Positions 41,506-53,493 of a stretch of DNA of 64,000 nt are shown piece by piece. Numbering within the stretch: position 1 is the first letter of the stretch; each line of letters starts with the position of its first letter. The stretch is from Nitrospirales bacterium (GTDB lineage Bacteria; Nitrospirota; Nitrospiria; Nitrospirales; UBA8639). Where the stretch lies: NCBI GenBank assembly GCA_965203295.1, contig CBDBCZ010000019.1, forward strand, positions 704,001 through 768,000. Direction: 5' to 3'. The notes under the pieces were generated by a model, which did not search any database, was not told the origin of the DNA, and saw only the letters and a program-made list of their open reading frames with translations. The position numbers were made by a program, and so were the translations under genes.

Positions 41506-42840
41506 TTATGAGGTTTTGCCTTGGAGAAGTTCTCGGCCAGCCAACATAATCATATCCAACATCTCTGGTGTTTTGGCCTCCCCATAACAACGAACTAAGG
41601 GTTCTGTTCCCGAGGGGCGAAAAAGGAACCAACTTCCATCTGTTAAAAGCAATTTACACCCATCAATCTTATTGACCTCCCGCACAGAAGTCCTTGCCAA
41701 CGAGGATGGTGGATTTTCCAATGTACGAGCGAGGCTTTCGCGCATTCCATTGGTTAACGCCACATCCTCCCGTCGGTTAAAGATCGATCCACTCGTCTGA
41801 ACAGATCATCGATAAGGTCTTTGAGCGAAGCTTTGGTCGTCGCAACCATTTCCGCAACAAGGAGACAGGCCAGGATCCCATCATTTTCTGGTACATGCCC
41901 AAGGATCGACATGCCAGTACTCTCCTCATTTCCCATGAGAATTTCTTCTTTGGCAAGCAATTCTCCCAAAAATTTGAAACCAACGGGAGTCTCCCGTACG
42001 TTGAGTCTATATTGGCCTGCAACATGATCAATAAGATCAATAAGATGAGTTGTTGCCACAGAACGCCCTATTCCTCCTGACCATTCAGTGGCTAAGCCTA
42101 AATGAGCATTTTCCCATTTCACCGTTTCTTGAAGTTCTTGTGTCGTCTCCGAGGTAGGCTCCGGACTCAATCCCCCCAAATAGGGGTCTCGCCAGTAATG
42201 CAACAATGCCATTTTGGCACCGGCATTGCGAAAGAAATCGTCAAGATACCCTCGTGAAGTCCCATACAATGGATCCATGACAACGCGGATTTCTCCTTTC
42301 CGAATGGCCTCAATATCAACATGGTGTTCTAGGGCACCTAGATAGTCCTGACGTGGATCAACAATCTGAACGAGGCCGTCCTTCTTGGCTCGATCCCAGG
42401 GCAACCATTTGAGGAATTCTCCATGCATTAAAGGTAAAATGCGTTGTTCGATAGATTGGGTCGTTTCCGGAAGTGCTGGACCACCCCAGGCTTGGGTAAA
42501 CTTAATTCCGTTGTATTCTGTGAGGATTATGACTCGCTGATATATTGATTCCTCCCGCTAATTGGTTCTTAAGAATGTGATAGGAAATGGTTGGCGTGGG
42601 AGTTTCTCGATTGCACAATAAGGAAGGAATGCCATGACCAGCCAGAACTTCTGCAGCAATCACCGCAAATTTTTCTCCCAGAAATCGGCTATCATACCCG
42701 ATAATGACTCCTCGTTGGACGGTCTTTTCATGGCGGAGATGTTGAGCGATACCTTGACAAACAATCCGGACATTTCGGAAAGTAAATTCTTCTCCTAGAA
42801 TGGCCTGCCAGCCTGATGTTCCGAACTTAATCGAACTCAT
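41506..42840 (-). pseudogene. Phosphoglucomutase/phosphomannomutase, fragmented
   Basis: IKFGTSGW, GYDSRF, SASHNP, ETPVGFK, RPSGTEP across three ORFs; the DGDxDR metal loop is missing. Confidence 0.9.
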
Positions 42841-43227
42841 ACCTTCTTGAAATCACCTCGTCATTTCCAGTCTGATTTACTTTACCTTCAAAAAAAACAG
42901 ATTCAGGAGCAGGATCTTTTGAACTCTTCCGAATTCGATCATAGGGTTTCCATGGGAAGCATAATTTCGTGTAGCATACCCACATTTCTCTTCAAGAGAA
43001 AGATCTTTTTCCTTTGAACAGATGACGGATAATATGAAAAGGATAATATGAAAATCTTTTGCAGCCCATGTTGATGAAGTAGTCCGTTCGTATTATGCTT
43101 GTGAGAGGGTGTTGTTCTTTCTGGACGAGCAGACTGTTCTGTATTGTTCCGCTTGAAACCATGGCCTGTGCAAGACGGTGTTTACTTGATCGAGCCCGTG
43201 CTCTAAGCAGTTCCATCTGACCCATTC

Positions 43228-44628
43228 ATGCTGAGACGCCAATCTGAATTCCTCAAGACCCTCCTTTTCCTCTTTGATCTGGTGGTGATCTGCACGTGTT
43301 GGCTTGCAGCCTACTCTATCAGGTTTTCGCAAATCTTCTTGCCTGTGACGAAAGGTGTGCCTCCACTCGCCCCTTATCTTTGGATGCTCGTGCCGATCGT
43401 TGTGGTTTGGGGCATCTCTTTTCAGACCTTTCATCTCTATCGGCCCAGACGAATGGGCACTCCTATGGCCGAATTTCTTGATTTGGCCAAAGCTAACACC
43501 CTATCCGTTCTCATTTTGGTGACACTGACCTTCTTCATTCAGCCTTTTGAATTTTCTCGGTTAGTGCTCTTCTATTTCTGGCTGTTTAATCTCTTTACAC
43601 TGGGTTTCTCAAGGATGTTTTTTCGTGAAGGCCTCCGATTTTTCCGGCGGCGCGGGTATAACCAGCGTCATGTCGTCGTTATCGGGGATGGGAAATTGGG
43701 ACAGCGGTTAGTCAAGTGTTTGAAGCAGCATCCTGAGCTTGGACTCAAAGTCAGAGGCTATCTGAGTCGCCGACCTGAGAAGCTTGGGCAAGTACTTGAG
43801 GGCACGCCGATAATCGGGGCATGGGATGATGCCGAAGAAATTGTCACGTCGGGCGTTGACCTAGTCTTCGTCTGTCTGCCTTCGGATACTGAAGGGTACA
43901 TTGAAAAGATTTTAGGGTACCTCACCACCACGATGGTGGAAGTGAAGGTCGTCCCAAGTATATACGAGTTCATCACACTCCATGCCGAGGCAGAGATGTT
44001 CGAAGGTTTGCCGCTCATTACGCTTCAAGGCTCTCCACTGCAAGGCTGGAATGTGGTCTTCAAGCGGGGGATCGATTTCATCGGGGCTGGCAGCGCGATT
44101 GTTGTGATGTCACCGCTCCTCTTGCTCATCTCAGTTTTAGTCAAAGTGACGTCGCCCGGACCCGTGTTCTATCGACAGATCCGTATGGGTTTGGACGGCC
44201 GAGCGTTTACGATGCTCAAGTTCCGAAGCATGCGTGTGGACGCAGAATCTCAAACGGGGGCTGTGTGGGCGCAACCCAATGATGATCGCCGCACCCCCAT
44301 TGGTGCTCTTCTGCGCCGAACCAGTTTGGATGAATTGCCGCAGTTTTGGAATGTCCTGAAAGGAGAAATGAGTATTGTGGGCCCCCGCCCTGAACGGCCC
44401 GAATTCACGACTCGGTTTTGGGAGCACTTGCCTCAATATATGTTGCGCCACAAGATGAAAGCTGGGATTACGGGCTGGGCGCAGGTGAATGGGTGGCGCG
44501 GGAATACGTCACTGGAAAAGCGGCTGGACCATGACCTGTACTACATCGAGCATTGGTCGATTTGGTTTGATCTGAAGATTATCATCCTGACGATTTGGAA
44601 TGGACTGATCCATAAACACGCCTATTGA
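43228..44628 (+). CDS. Undecaprenyl-phosphate glucose phosphotransferase (WcaJ-type)
   Basis: [50 protein letters not shown]. Confidence 0.92.
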   Translation: MLRRQSEFLKTLLFLFDLVVICTCWLAAYSIRFSQIFLPVTKGVPPLAPYLWMLVPIVVVWGISFQTFHLYRPRRMGTPMAEFLDLAKANTLSVLILVTLTFFIQPFEFSRLVLFYFWLFNLFTLGFSRMFFREGLRFFRRRGYNQRHVVVIGDGKLGQRLVKCLKQHPELGLKVRGYLSRRPEKLGQVLEGTPIIGAWDDAEEIVTSGVDLVFVCLPSDTEGYIEKILGYLTTTMVEVKVVPSIYEFITLHAEAEMFEGLPLITLQGSPLQGWNVVFKRGIDFIGAGSAIVVMSPLLLLISVLVKVTSPGPVFYRQIRMGLDGRAFTMLKFRSMRVDAESQTGAVWAQPNDDRRTPIGALLRRTSLDELPQFWNVLKGEMSIVGPRPERPEFTTRFWEHLPQYMLRHKMKAGITGWAQVNGWRGNTSLEKRLDHDLYYIEHWSIWFDLKIIILTIWNGLIHKHAY

Positions 44629-44761
44629 GGCGAACCTCGCTGAGGAAACATCGACAAAATAACAAGGGCGGCCCCTCATGGGCCGCCCTTGAACTGCCAT
44701 CTAGCAACTCTCTCTCTATTCAGGAGTTGCGAAACATTCGATCGTCCGCACAACCGACAAC

Positions 44762-45127
44762 TTATTGGCCTAATACTGCTGGGGTCAGCGGTATCCCAGT
44801 CGTGCTCTGTATTGGTTTCCTAGTCTTCAACGCGAATGGCTCGTCCATTTTTGGCTGCTGCTGAATGCTAGCCACTGGCTGTTGGTTCACCAATGGCTGC
44901 GTTGGCTGCTGTTTCAACTTCGGCCGAATGACAGTCACATTCTGCTGAAGCTCTTGAAGCTCTTTAACCACAGAAATCACTCGCTGCTTGTCCTGCTTTC
45001 CCTTCTGACTCACATCTGACTTGGATTTCCCCTGCGCTAATGCCGGTAATACCGTCAACCCAAGAATAACGACTACTCTTATGAGATTCATCATCGAAGA
45101 ATTCATCTTGTTATCTTTCATAATCAT
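44762..45127 (-). CDS. Hypothetical secreted Gln/Lys-rich protein
   Basis: Signal peptide ending ALA; AGGAG upstream. Confidence 0.5.
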   Translation of the reverse strand: MIMKDNKMNSSMMNLIRVVVILGLTVLPALAQGKSKSDVSQKGKQDKQRVISVVKELQELQQNVTVIRPKLKQQPTQPLVNQQPVASIQQQPKMDEPFALKTRKPIQSTTGIPLTPAVLGQ

Positions 45128-45722
45128 GGCAGATTGCTCCTTCTGTAAATAGTGAATATTCTTGCCTCCTGAGCAATCCGAGGCGGATAGTTTTTTGCTG
45201 GCATTAACCTGTCAGGAGGTGCACGTATGGGTAAAAAGTGCGTCGACATATTTTGAAGCTGCGGAGCCATCTGAGTTTCCTATTTACCGAATGCTCGGCT
45301 CATCCGGACCATCTCCGGGACTGTGTCAAGTTTTTTTGCAATGAAACAACAATAGAGAAAATTAGTGAGTCTAAGGTGTTTAGGACCTTATGCTTTCCGT
45401 ATCCTTTGCTCTCTTGCCTTCTCTGTCTGGGAGACAGTTTGTTAAGGCTTGATCGAGCCGGTCGGGGTCGTGGTGGTCAATAGAGTCGCCCCGTCTGTTT
45501 CCGGCATATGGCTTGTCTGTCGTCATAAGGTCACCGTGGAATAAAGAAAGTACGTTAGGACAGTGGAGAGATTGTAGACATGGGGTGCGATGTTTCGAAA
45601 TCGGACTAATACGGATTTTTGCCGTAGGAAGATTGGGAGAATAGAGTAGGGTTTTGTCCTATAGAGGGGGCGTAAGACAGGATTCAGAGGGGGGAAGTTC
45701 GCCTGAGTGTCAACCTCTAGCG

Positions 45723-46355
45723 TCACTCAACCAAATGATGGTCTACGGCGTACCGGATGAGTTCGGCGGTGGTGTCCCGCTTTAATTTCTCAAGAAGTCG
45801 GCTTCGGTATGTGCTAATCGTCTTTACACTGAGTGATAATTCATCTGAAATTTGCGTCGCAGTTTTGCCCTTGGCTATGAGGCACAGCACTTCCAGTTCT
45901 CGATCGGATAAGGTCTGATGCAATGCCGTCGGGCTCTTGATGGACAAACCGCTCGCCAAATGTTCAGCCAGGGATGGGGTGACATACGTCCCTCCCATTA
46001 AGACCTTTTTAAGGGCGCTCACAAGTTCCTCTGGAGCCGTTTCCTTGTTTAAGAAACCGGATCCCCCTGCCCTCAATACACGGAAGCCATATTGTTCCTC
46101 AGAGTAAAGGCTCAAGACAATCACCGGAAGGTCAGGCTTGGTGGATTTGATTTCTTTCAGAATTTCCAAGCCATGCTTATCTGGCAAGTTAAGGTCTAGG
46201 ATAATGGCATCAATCTTTTTGCTGCAGACCGCTTCGAGGGCACCTTGGCCTGTGCCGATCTCGATAACCGTCGCATCACTGAATTCTTCCGCCAGCACTT
46301 GCTTCAGACCTTTTCGAACGACAGCGTGATCATCAACAACAAGGACTGTTACCAT
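45723..46355 (-). CDS. NarL/LuxR family response regulator
   Basis: VVDDHAVVR, ILDLNLP, LSDRELEVL, TISTYRSR. Confidence 0.95.
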   Translation of the reverse strand: MVTVLVVDDHAVVRKGLKQVLAEEFSDATVIEIGTGQGALEAVCSKKIDAIILDLNLPDKHGLEILKEIKSTKPDLPVIVLSLYSEEQYGFRVLRAGGSGFLNKETAPEELVSALKKVLMGGTYVTPSLAEHLASGLSIKSPTALHQTLSDRELEVLCLIAKGKTATQISDELSLSVKTISTYRSRLLEKLKRDTTAELIRYAVDHHLVE

Positions 46356-46384
46356 GTACGTTCCTTCAGTTTAGCAAGGCCCCA

Positions 46385-49300
46385 TCATCGTGGAATCTGA
46401 ATCTGAGCGGTCGTTCCCTTTCCCGGCTCGCTCCAAATCGTAAAGTCTCCACCCAGACTGGCTGCACGTTTCTTCATTCCCAACAAGCCTAGTGAATGGC
46501 TGCTTTGACCCTTGCCTATCCCGATCCCGTTGTCGTGTACCTTGAGAGTCAGCATATTCGCCGCTTCTTTGATCTCAATGTTCACACGTGAGGCGTGGGC
46601 ATGGCGCAACACATTGGTCAGAAGCTCCTGGGTAATGCGAAAAAAAGATGAAGATTTTTCTTGAGAGATAAGGATCTGGGTGAGAGTTGAACCAGAAGAA
46701 AAGTCGCATGCGATTCCGGTCCGTCTCTGAAAATCCCTTGCTTGCCATTCCAGGGCAGGCACAAGGCCTAAATCATCGAGCAGTGGTGGTCGCAAGGAGG
46801 AAGCAATCCGCCGAACGGTTTGAATGCTTTGGTCTGCTAGGGCAGACATGGAATCCAGTTTGCTCATGAGTTGAGTCTCGTCTGAGACTTCCAGCTTACC
46901 TTTGAGCTTTCGCTTCACCCAGGATACATCAAACTTCAGTGCCGTCAATGTCTGTCCGAATTCATCATGGAGCTCTCGGGCAATTCGTTTCCGCTCGGCC
47001 TCTTCGACATTATCCAATCGACGCGTGATCTCTCGAAGACGAACATAGGCGGTTTGTAGTTTTTTCTGCCCCCCTTTCCGCTCGGTAATATCACGGATGA
47101 TGGCGCAAGTAAAATCCTGATTGTTATGCCATAGGAAATTGAGGCTGATTTCGGCCGGAAAGGTCCCGCCACTCTTTGTTCGGTGGACCGCTTCGTATTG
47201 GATCTTTCCAGTGGTTCTCCTATTCGTTGATCGCCCTTCTGATCGTTTCCGATTGTGCAGGGCCGAAAAATCCCGAATGGACATGTGTAAGAGTTCCTCG
47301 TGAGTATACCCAAGTGAACGACACGCTTCTTCGTTGACATAGATTAATCGCTCGTCAGGGCCAGCCCAAAAAATGGCATCACTGGCTTGGTCTACCGCAA
47401 ATTGTGTAAATGGGAGGGCCTCCTCCGCTCGATAACGCTCTAATTCAGCACCCGCTCGGGCAACGAAAATTTTTAGCAACGATTCCGTTCCGATCCATGA
47501 CAGCATTTCTTGTGAATCAAAGTGAGGAGATCCTTTCCCCATGATGACGATGTGCCCGATGGCCTTTCCTAAGGAGTCGTGGAGGGGGAGACCTAAGTAA
47601 CTCTGCACTTTCAGTTCAGCAAGATTCCTATCATGGGGGAACAGTGTTTGAACGTCCCTCGGGTAGTAACAGGCTTTCCCTCCGATCACCTCTTGGCATG
47701 GAGTCCCGTCCAGGGCATACTCAACGCTCTCAACAAATTCATTCCCTTTTAAAAAGTCTAGGGTTCGGACCTGTGTCGTCGTTCCATCAAGGTACTCTGC
47801 GATGAAGGCATAGTCGGCTTTGAGAGCTATAGCCAAATGTCGTAGGAGTGAGTGGAAAAAGTCAGAACTGGTGACGGCCGCAGTTTCCTCGATGATCACA
47901 CGAAGGGTTTCCTCTGCTCGCTTTTGCTCCGTCACATCTTCGCAGACAATCAGAACCAGAGAATAACCCTCTGGTGTGTGAATCAGTCGGGCTGCTTCTC
48001 TGACCCAAAGGGCGCTGCCATTCTTGTGTACCTTTCGAAGCTCCCAATGAGCCACTTCTGAGGGGTTCTGCAGCCATTTGTAAAACTGTTCTTGAATAGT
48101 ACTTCTGTCCTCCTCTGACACAATTTTGAAGACGCTTTGGCCTAATAATTCCTCCGGCGTGTATCCCAATTGCTGGGCGCCACACTGATTAACGGAAAGG
48201 ACCGTGCCATCCAGAGCCACCGTGAAATGCATAGACGGATTCTCATGATAGAATGCACGGTACCGTTCCTCACTTGCATGCACGGCCTCTTCTGCCTTCT
48301 TTTTTTCAATGACAATCCCAGCCAGCCATCTGAACGTGTCCATGATCATCAAGTCTGTCGTATTGGGGCTTCGAGGTTGATGGTCATACATCGAAAAAGT
48401 GCCTAGCACTGAACCTTCAGACCCAGAATCGGCGTGGACCAACAGGCGCGTAGGCCATGACTCAAGGCCAATGCTCTGTGCTGAGCCCAGAGTGGATCAG
48501 TGGCAATGTCAGAAACGATGACGGTTTCTTTGCGATAGGCCGCCGTTCCGCATGAACCCTCACAGGGCCCAATCTCCATACCCTCGATGGCTTGCGTGTA
48601 GGTTTCCGGTAGGCTAGGAGCTGCGCCGAGCTGGAGATGAGTTCCTCCCTTCAGCAAAAGAAAGGAACAGAGCATTCCTTGGGAATACGTCTCGACGATC
48701 CGACATAATGACATGAGCGTATCAGGCAGTGAAGCACCCTTTGCGATGTGCTCAAGGGTCAATTTCTGTCCAGCCAGAGATGCCTCAGCTCGTTTCAGTT
48801 CCGTGGTGTCGTGAAAGGAGACGACCGCCCCAATGAGGTCGCCCCGGTCGTCACGCATTGGTGTGCTGGTATAGTCTACGGGGAAACTCGTCCTGTTCTT
48901 TCGCCAAAAGACTTCGTGATTCACATGATGGGTTACTCCATTGATGGGTTACTCCATCCCTCAACGTCGCATTGATAAGGCACGTTTCATGAGAGTAGGG
49001 AGTGCCATCTGGTTGCGTGTGGTGAAGCAGGGTATGGTGGGACTGACCCAGGAATTCCTCTGGATTCCACCCAAACATGCGCGCAGCTGCTGGATTGACA
49101 AAGGTGGTGTTCCCCTTTACATCTAGCCCGTAAATACCCTCTGCCGCTGAATTCAGAATGAGTTCGTTTTGACGACTGAGATCACCATCGTCGTTCTTGG
49201 GCGGCTTGTGCTCGGCGGCCTCCTCGTCGATCGGTACCTTGGCTGGTTCCAGACCCTGTTGGTGTTGCGTTGTGGTCGCCCATTCACGCAGAGCCCTCTC

Positions 49301-49657
49301 AGCAAAGTGTGGCATGGCAGCCAGGGTCTCTTCGGTTTTCACCACATAATCCAAAACTCCCGCCTTCATCGCTTCGACCGCGCTCTGCTCTTCATTTTGA
49401 GTGGTCATGAGCATGACAGGATAGAGACGATCTCTTTCATCAACTTCGAATAGATCAATCCCTTTCCCGTCCGGTAAGCGAATGTCCGCAATCACCAAAT
49501 CCGGAACAGCCTGTTTCAAGCAAGCGCGTGCTTCATGAAGCGTTCCCACCACCTTGACAGTTTCGCTTTTAGCTCGCAATTTAAACGCCGAGCACACCCG
49601 TTCGGCATGTTCACGATTGTCTTCAACGAGTAGAATATGGACTATTGGCTTATCCAT
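46385..49657 (-). pseudogene. REC-PAS-GAF-PAS-GAF-PAS HisKA_3 sensor kinase broken by two frameshifts
   Basis: Three consecutive ORFs; 16 bp duplication at 48926-48957; 1 bp loss near 48425 (WSTPILG/SEGSVLGTF); RIARELHDEFGQ, DNGIG, GLLGM intact in last piece. Confidence 0.85.
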
Positions 49658-50013
49658 ACTGTTCCGCTTGAATCCACAATATTCAGGCCCACCATTCAAT
49701 CAGGATACTCTAATCCATAGGGCCACATCAGTTAGCGTTAGTTTAGCGAGAACCTGACGAAATTCTCAATCAATCGACTGAACTGGTTCCTCTCTATGTG
49801 TGTGACGAGAGACCTCTATGCCTCACGATCCTAGGCTTTGGTCTGAGGTTTTGCCATTTGATCGCTATCTTTTTTCTCCTTCAAGTCTGAGCGATACAAT
49901 GCGAGGAATATCGTGCAGGGATGTGGTGTGAAACAAAAAATTTTAATGAGATTGGCTGTCTTGCCACAACCCCCATTATATTGGGGATAGAAGAAGCATA
50001 AGGGGAAAAGGAA

Positions 50014-50568
50014 GTGAACAACAAATTGCCAGATTGGGCTCGGATAAGTCAGGCCAAGTGGAAATATCTCGGTGAGGAAAGGCCACCATTACTCAAGTCC
50101 CCCAATCTGGTCAGGAGTCAGTCTGGGATTACCCGAGACCACCCAGAATAGAGCTGGATAGTCGCCGGGTGATGGTTTGTTCGTGATAGAACTGTGGTGG
50201 ATTCTCGCTCAACCTATCGGGTGTTGGAGACGGCGAGTCCTCCCACGTTTTACATCCCTCCCGCAGACATCGATTTCTCCTTATTACGACTGACAGCAAG
50301 TTCTTCTGCCTGTGAGTGGAAAGGGATCGCTCAGTATTGGTCTTTGGAGCGAGGTGATGTCCAATTGGAAGGGGTCGCTTGGGCGTACCCTGATCCTTTC
50401 CCAGGGTATGAGTCGATTGCCGGATATCTTTCGTTCTATCCAGCTCGTCTGGCCTGTTATGTCGACGGAGAGCGGGTTCAACCACAACCAGGCAGACTCT
50501 ACGGAGGGTGGGTGACCCAGGAACTCGTTGGTCCCTTCAAAGGGGAGTCCGGAACGGAGGACTGGTAA
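50014..50568 (+). pseudogene. DUF427 family protein, frameshifted 5' part
   Basis: GQESVWDYPRPP out of frame with LETASPPTFYIP, CEWKG, YGGWVT..VGPFKG. Confidence 0.75.
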
Positions 50569-50734
50569 GAGAAGTATGTCCAGCCCGCTCATTCTGAAGA
50601 TTGAGGCTTTGTAGCCAGCAATCGAGAAATACTTGAATTAATCAATACCCCAACAAATAGGGCACGGTGCACCTTGCAATGTGAATGGTTAAGATGACTT
50701 CTGACTGACCGCTAATCTCAAAGGAGCCTCACAG

Positions 50735-51475
50735 ATGATTTGGCTAACGGATCCGCAGGCCTGGTTGGCACTGGGCACACTCACGGCTCTCGAAATAGTC
50801 TTGGGTATCGACAACATTATTTTCATTTCGATCCTGGCTTCAAAACTTCCGAAGAAACAGCAGCCACGAGCCCGTTTCTGGGGGCTCACCGTCGCTATGG
50901 TCACGCGGCTGTTGTTATTGTTTTCTTTGTCATGGCTCATGAGCCTCACGGCCCCACTGTTTGAAATGTTTGCCCATGAAATTTCAGGCCGAGATATAAT
51001 CCTGATTGCCGGCGGGTTGTTTCTTCTGATCAAAAGCACGTTGGAGATCCATGAAAAATTAGAAGGGGAAGAAGGGCATACGTCAGCGCGACCTGCGGCG
51101 TCGTTCGGATCCATCATGGTACAAATCGCCTTACTGGACATTGTGTTCTCGTTAGACTCCGTCATTACCGCTATTGGGATGGCCAATCACGTGAGCGTCA
51201 TGGCCACGGCAATCGTCATTGCCGTCTTGGTGATGATGGCGGCATCTGGGGCAATCAGTCAGTTTATCGATCGGCATCCGACGATCAAAATCCTGGCCTT
51301 GAGCTTTTTGCTCATGATCGGCGTCATGCTCATTGGCGAAGGATTGGAATTCCACATACCAAAAGGCTACATCTACTTTGCGATGGCCTTCTCAGTTTTT
51401 GTCGAGATGCTCAATGCCAAGATCCGTCATCGGCGAGCTGAACCACTCAAACTGCGTCAGCGCTATGCTGAGTAA
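50735..51475 (+). CDS. TerC family membrane protein
   Basis: LEIVLGIDN, DIVFSLDSVITA, IPKGYIYFAMAFS. Confidence 0.95.
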   Translation: MIWLTDPQAWLALGTLTALEIVLGIDNIIFISILASKLPKKQQPRARFWGLTVAMVTRLLLLFSLSWLMSLTAPLFEMFAHEISGRDIILIAGGLFLLIKSTLEIHEKLEGEEGHTSARPAASFGSIMVQIALLDIVFSLDSVITAIGMANHVSVMATAIVIAVLVMMAASGAISQFIDRHPTIKILALSFLLMIGVMLIGEGLEFHIPKGYIYFAMAFSVFVEMLNAKIRHRRAEPLKLRQRYAE

Positions 51476-51616
51476 AGATCGAGAGAAATTCTCTTGTGTT
51501 TGGGGGGAACCTCCGTCATCATGCCTGTTGCCCCAGCATGTCGGTGCTTTTGATTAAAGCAAGGCTTCGGAGAGGGTGACCATCTAGGCCTTTTCAAAAG
51601 CTAAAGGAGTTACGAT

Positions 51617-52477
51617 ATGCGACTTAAAACTGAGATGCTGACGGGTCTTGATGTGAGAAAGACCAGGGCTGATAAGTACGTGTCTGATCTCAATGCCACT
51701 CTTCCCGAACACCATATCGATACCCCACTTCGAATCTCGCATTTTCTCGCCCAGGTGCTTCATGAATCGGCGTTGATGAAAGTCGTAAAGGAAAACCTGA
51801 ATTACTCAGCCGAGGGGCTGTTGAAGGTGTTCCGTAAATACTTCAAAACTCAAGCGCAAGCACAACGATACGCTCGCAAACCCAAGATGATCGCCAATAA
51901 AGTCTACGGAGGACGAATGGGGAACGGCGATGAAGCCAGCGGAGATGGGTATCGGTACCGCGGACGCGGGTTGATTCAGCTAACAGGGAAAAACAACTAT
52001 CGCAAATTTTCTGAATGGGTTGGGGAGGATCTTGTTGCGCAACCCGACCGCGTGGCCACCGACTATGCTGTGCATTCTGCGGTGTACTTCTGGACGTCCA
52101 AGAAACTGAATAACCACCCTGATGCTGATGACGTCAGGAAGGTAACCAAGATTATCAATGGCGGATATCGCGGCCTGTCGGAGCGAAAGGAGATTTTGCA
52201 CAAAGCCAAAGAGCTGTTTGGCTTTGAAGTGGAAAAGGGCTTAAAAGTGGTGGAAGGTGCGACCTACAAGGTCACCGCCACGACTCTTCGGTTTCGCAGT
52301 CAACCCAAGGTCTCTCCCGCGACGGTGATTGGCTCGCTTCGCAAAGGGACGAGAGTCAAAAAAGTGGCGAGCGCAGCCGTGCCTGGCTGGGCGCGGGTAC
52401 GAGTAATCTTCAAGGGAGAGCTCAGAAAAGGATTTGTCGCGACTAAGCATCTACAACGGCTCATCCCACCACGTTAG
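51617..52477 (+). CDS. GH19 lysozyme/chitinase-like hydrolase with C-terminal SH3b-like domain
   Basis: FLAQVLHES, ENLNYS, YRYRGRGLIQLTG, INGG; tail VTATTLRFRS.P..W..V..GFV. Confidence 0.88.
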   Translation: MRLKTEMLTGLDVRKTRADKYVSDLNATLPEHHIDTPLRISHFLAQVLHESALMKVVKENLNYSAEGLLKVFRKYFKTQAQAQRYARKPKMIANKVYGGRMGNGDEASGDGYRYRGRGLIQLTGKNNYRKFSEWVGEDLVAQPDRVATDYAVHSAVYFWTSKKLNNHPDADDVRKVTKIINGGYRGLSERKEILHKAKELFGFEVEKGLKVVEGATYKVTATTLRFRSQPKVSPATVIGSLRKGTRVKKVASAAVPGWARVRVIFKGELRKGFVATKHLQRLIPPR

Positions 52478-52615
52478 GGCGGTGACAGTATCCACTATTC
52501 TGAATGGAGCAGGCATGCGTAAATCTGGAGAAGGGAAAAGAGGGTGAGAGTTAATTATTTGCCCTGACAACAAAGTGAATGTCTGTTTTCTTCGCGTCTC
52601 CTGTGAGTGGAAGTG

Positions 52616-52714
52616 TTACCCTTTTTTCTTGGCCTTCTTTTCCGCCCTTTTTTCCTTCATCGATTTTGCGGGTTTTTTCTTGCTTTCTTTTCGTGTGTCT
52701 TGGCTTTTGGCCAT
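52616..52714 (-). CDS. Small Lys-rich protein (32 aa), below ORF-track cutoff
   Basis: MAKSQDTRKESKKKPAKSMKEKRAEKKAKKKG*; AAAGGAGA Shine-Dalgarno upstream. Confidence 0.7.
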   Translation of the reverse strand: MAKSQDTRKESKKKPAKSMKEKRAEKKAKKKG

Positions 52715-52799
52715 GAGAGGTCTCCTTTTTGGTGAATGTGTTGCTCTGTTTGCGTTGTGCTAACAGGATAATCTCGGATTTGCAAGTCTTTGGCTAACG

Positions 52800-53251
52800 C
52801 TGCGGATATCCTGCAGACAAAATCTGGCTCGGGGAGATTTATGAATGGGCGGGACAATATCGGCAGGTCAATGTCAGTAAAGACGCCTTTCCCTTCGCGG
52901 CTGCTGCACAGACTCCCTTTTTGATGAATCAGTTTGAGCGGGATGTGTTGCGTCGTTGTACGCCTAGTATTTTCACCGACCGTGCAGTAATTATCCGCGC
53001 TTTAGCGGAAGCGCACATCGAGTTGGTGCTTATCCATCCGTTTTGGGATGGATGGGAATGGCCGGATTGCTCGGATTCTTTCAACTCTGATGGCACTTCA
53101 AGCCGGGTTACTAATGCTGGACTTCAGTGTGATTGCTGGGGAAAGAAAGGCCGAGTACTTTGCGGCGGTCCAGGCCAGCCTGGACAAGAACTATACGTCG
53201 ATGGAGAGACTGTTCACCGAAATCATTGAGCGAAGCCTTATGGCTTCTTGA
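52800..53251 (+). pseudogene. Fic family protein, 5'-truncated and frameshifted
   Basis: IWLGEIYEWAGQYRQVNVSK; HPFWDG/NGRIAR split by GATG duplication at 53047-53054. Confidence 0.85.
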
Positions 53252-53414
53252 TTCGCTTAGCCTTTTCTCTTTCAGTCAATGCGCGTGCAATTGATTCCAC
53301 AGGAACGCCGGTTTCTACCGCGGTCGAACTGGAGACATTGGCAATCAACGCTTTCCGGTAATTTTCTGGGACTTTCAGATATGGATTTGTCTCAATAAGA
53401 GGTTTTTTGTCCAT
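53238..53414 (-). CDS. Putative Fic antitoxin-like small protein (58 aa)
   Basis: MDKKPLIETNPYLKVPENYRKALIANVSSSTAVETGVPVESIARALTEREKAKRIKKP*; GAGGAG upstream; SxxxE motif. Confidence 0.65.
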   Translation of the reverse strand: MDKKPLIETNPYLKVPENYRKALIANVSSSTAVETGVPVESIARALTEREKAKRIKKP

Positions 53415-53493
53415 CTTTCTGCTCCTCAGGTTTCATTATATAGCATGAAGGGTTTTGAATCATCCTCAGCATAAATCCCGGGAAATATCCTAG

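Noticed and set aside
45270..45325. Hammerhead-like GATGAG..GAAAC on the minus strand
   Set aside because: The core reads CGGATGAG rather than CTGANGA, and the stem is not directly followed by GAAA.
45365..45420. c-di-GMP-I riboswitch-like words on the minus strand (GGCAA..ACGGAAAGC..GGTCCTAA) upstream of the secreted protein
   Set aside because: The required hairpin between GGCAA and ACGGAAAGC cannot form; an Rfam scan would be needed to revive it.
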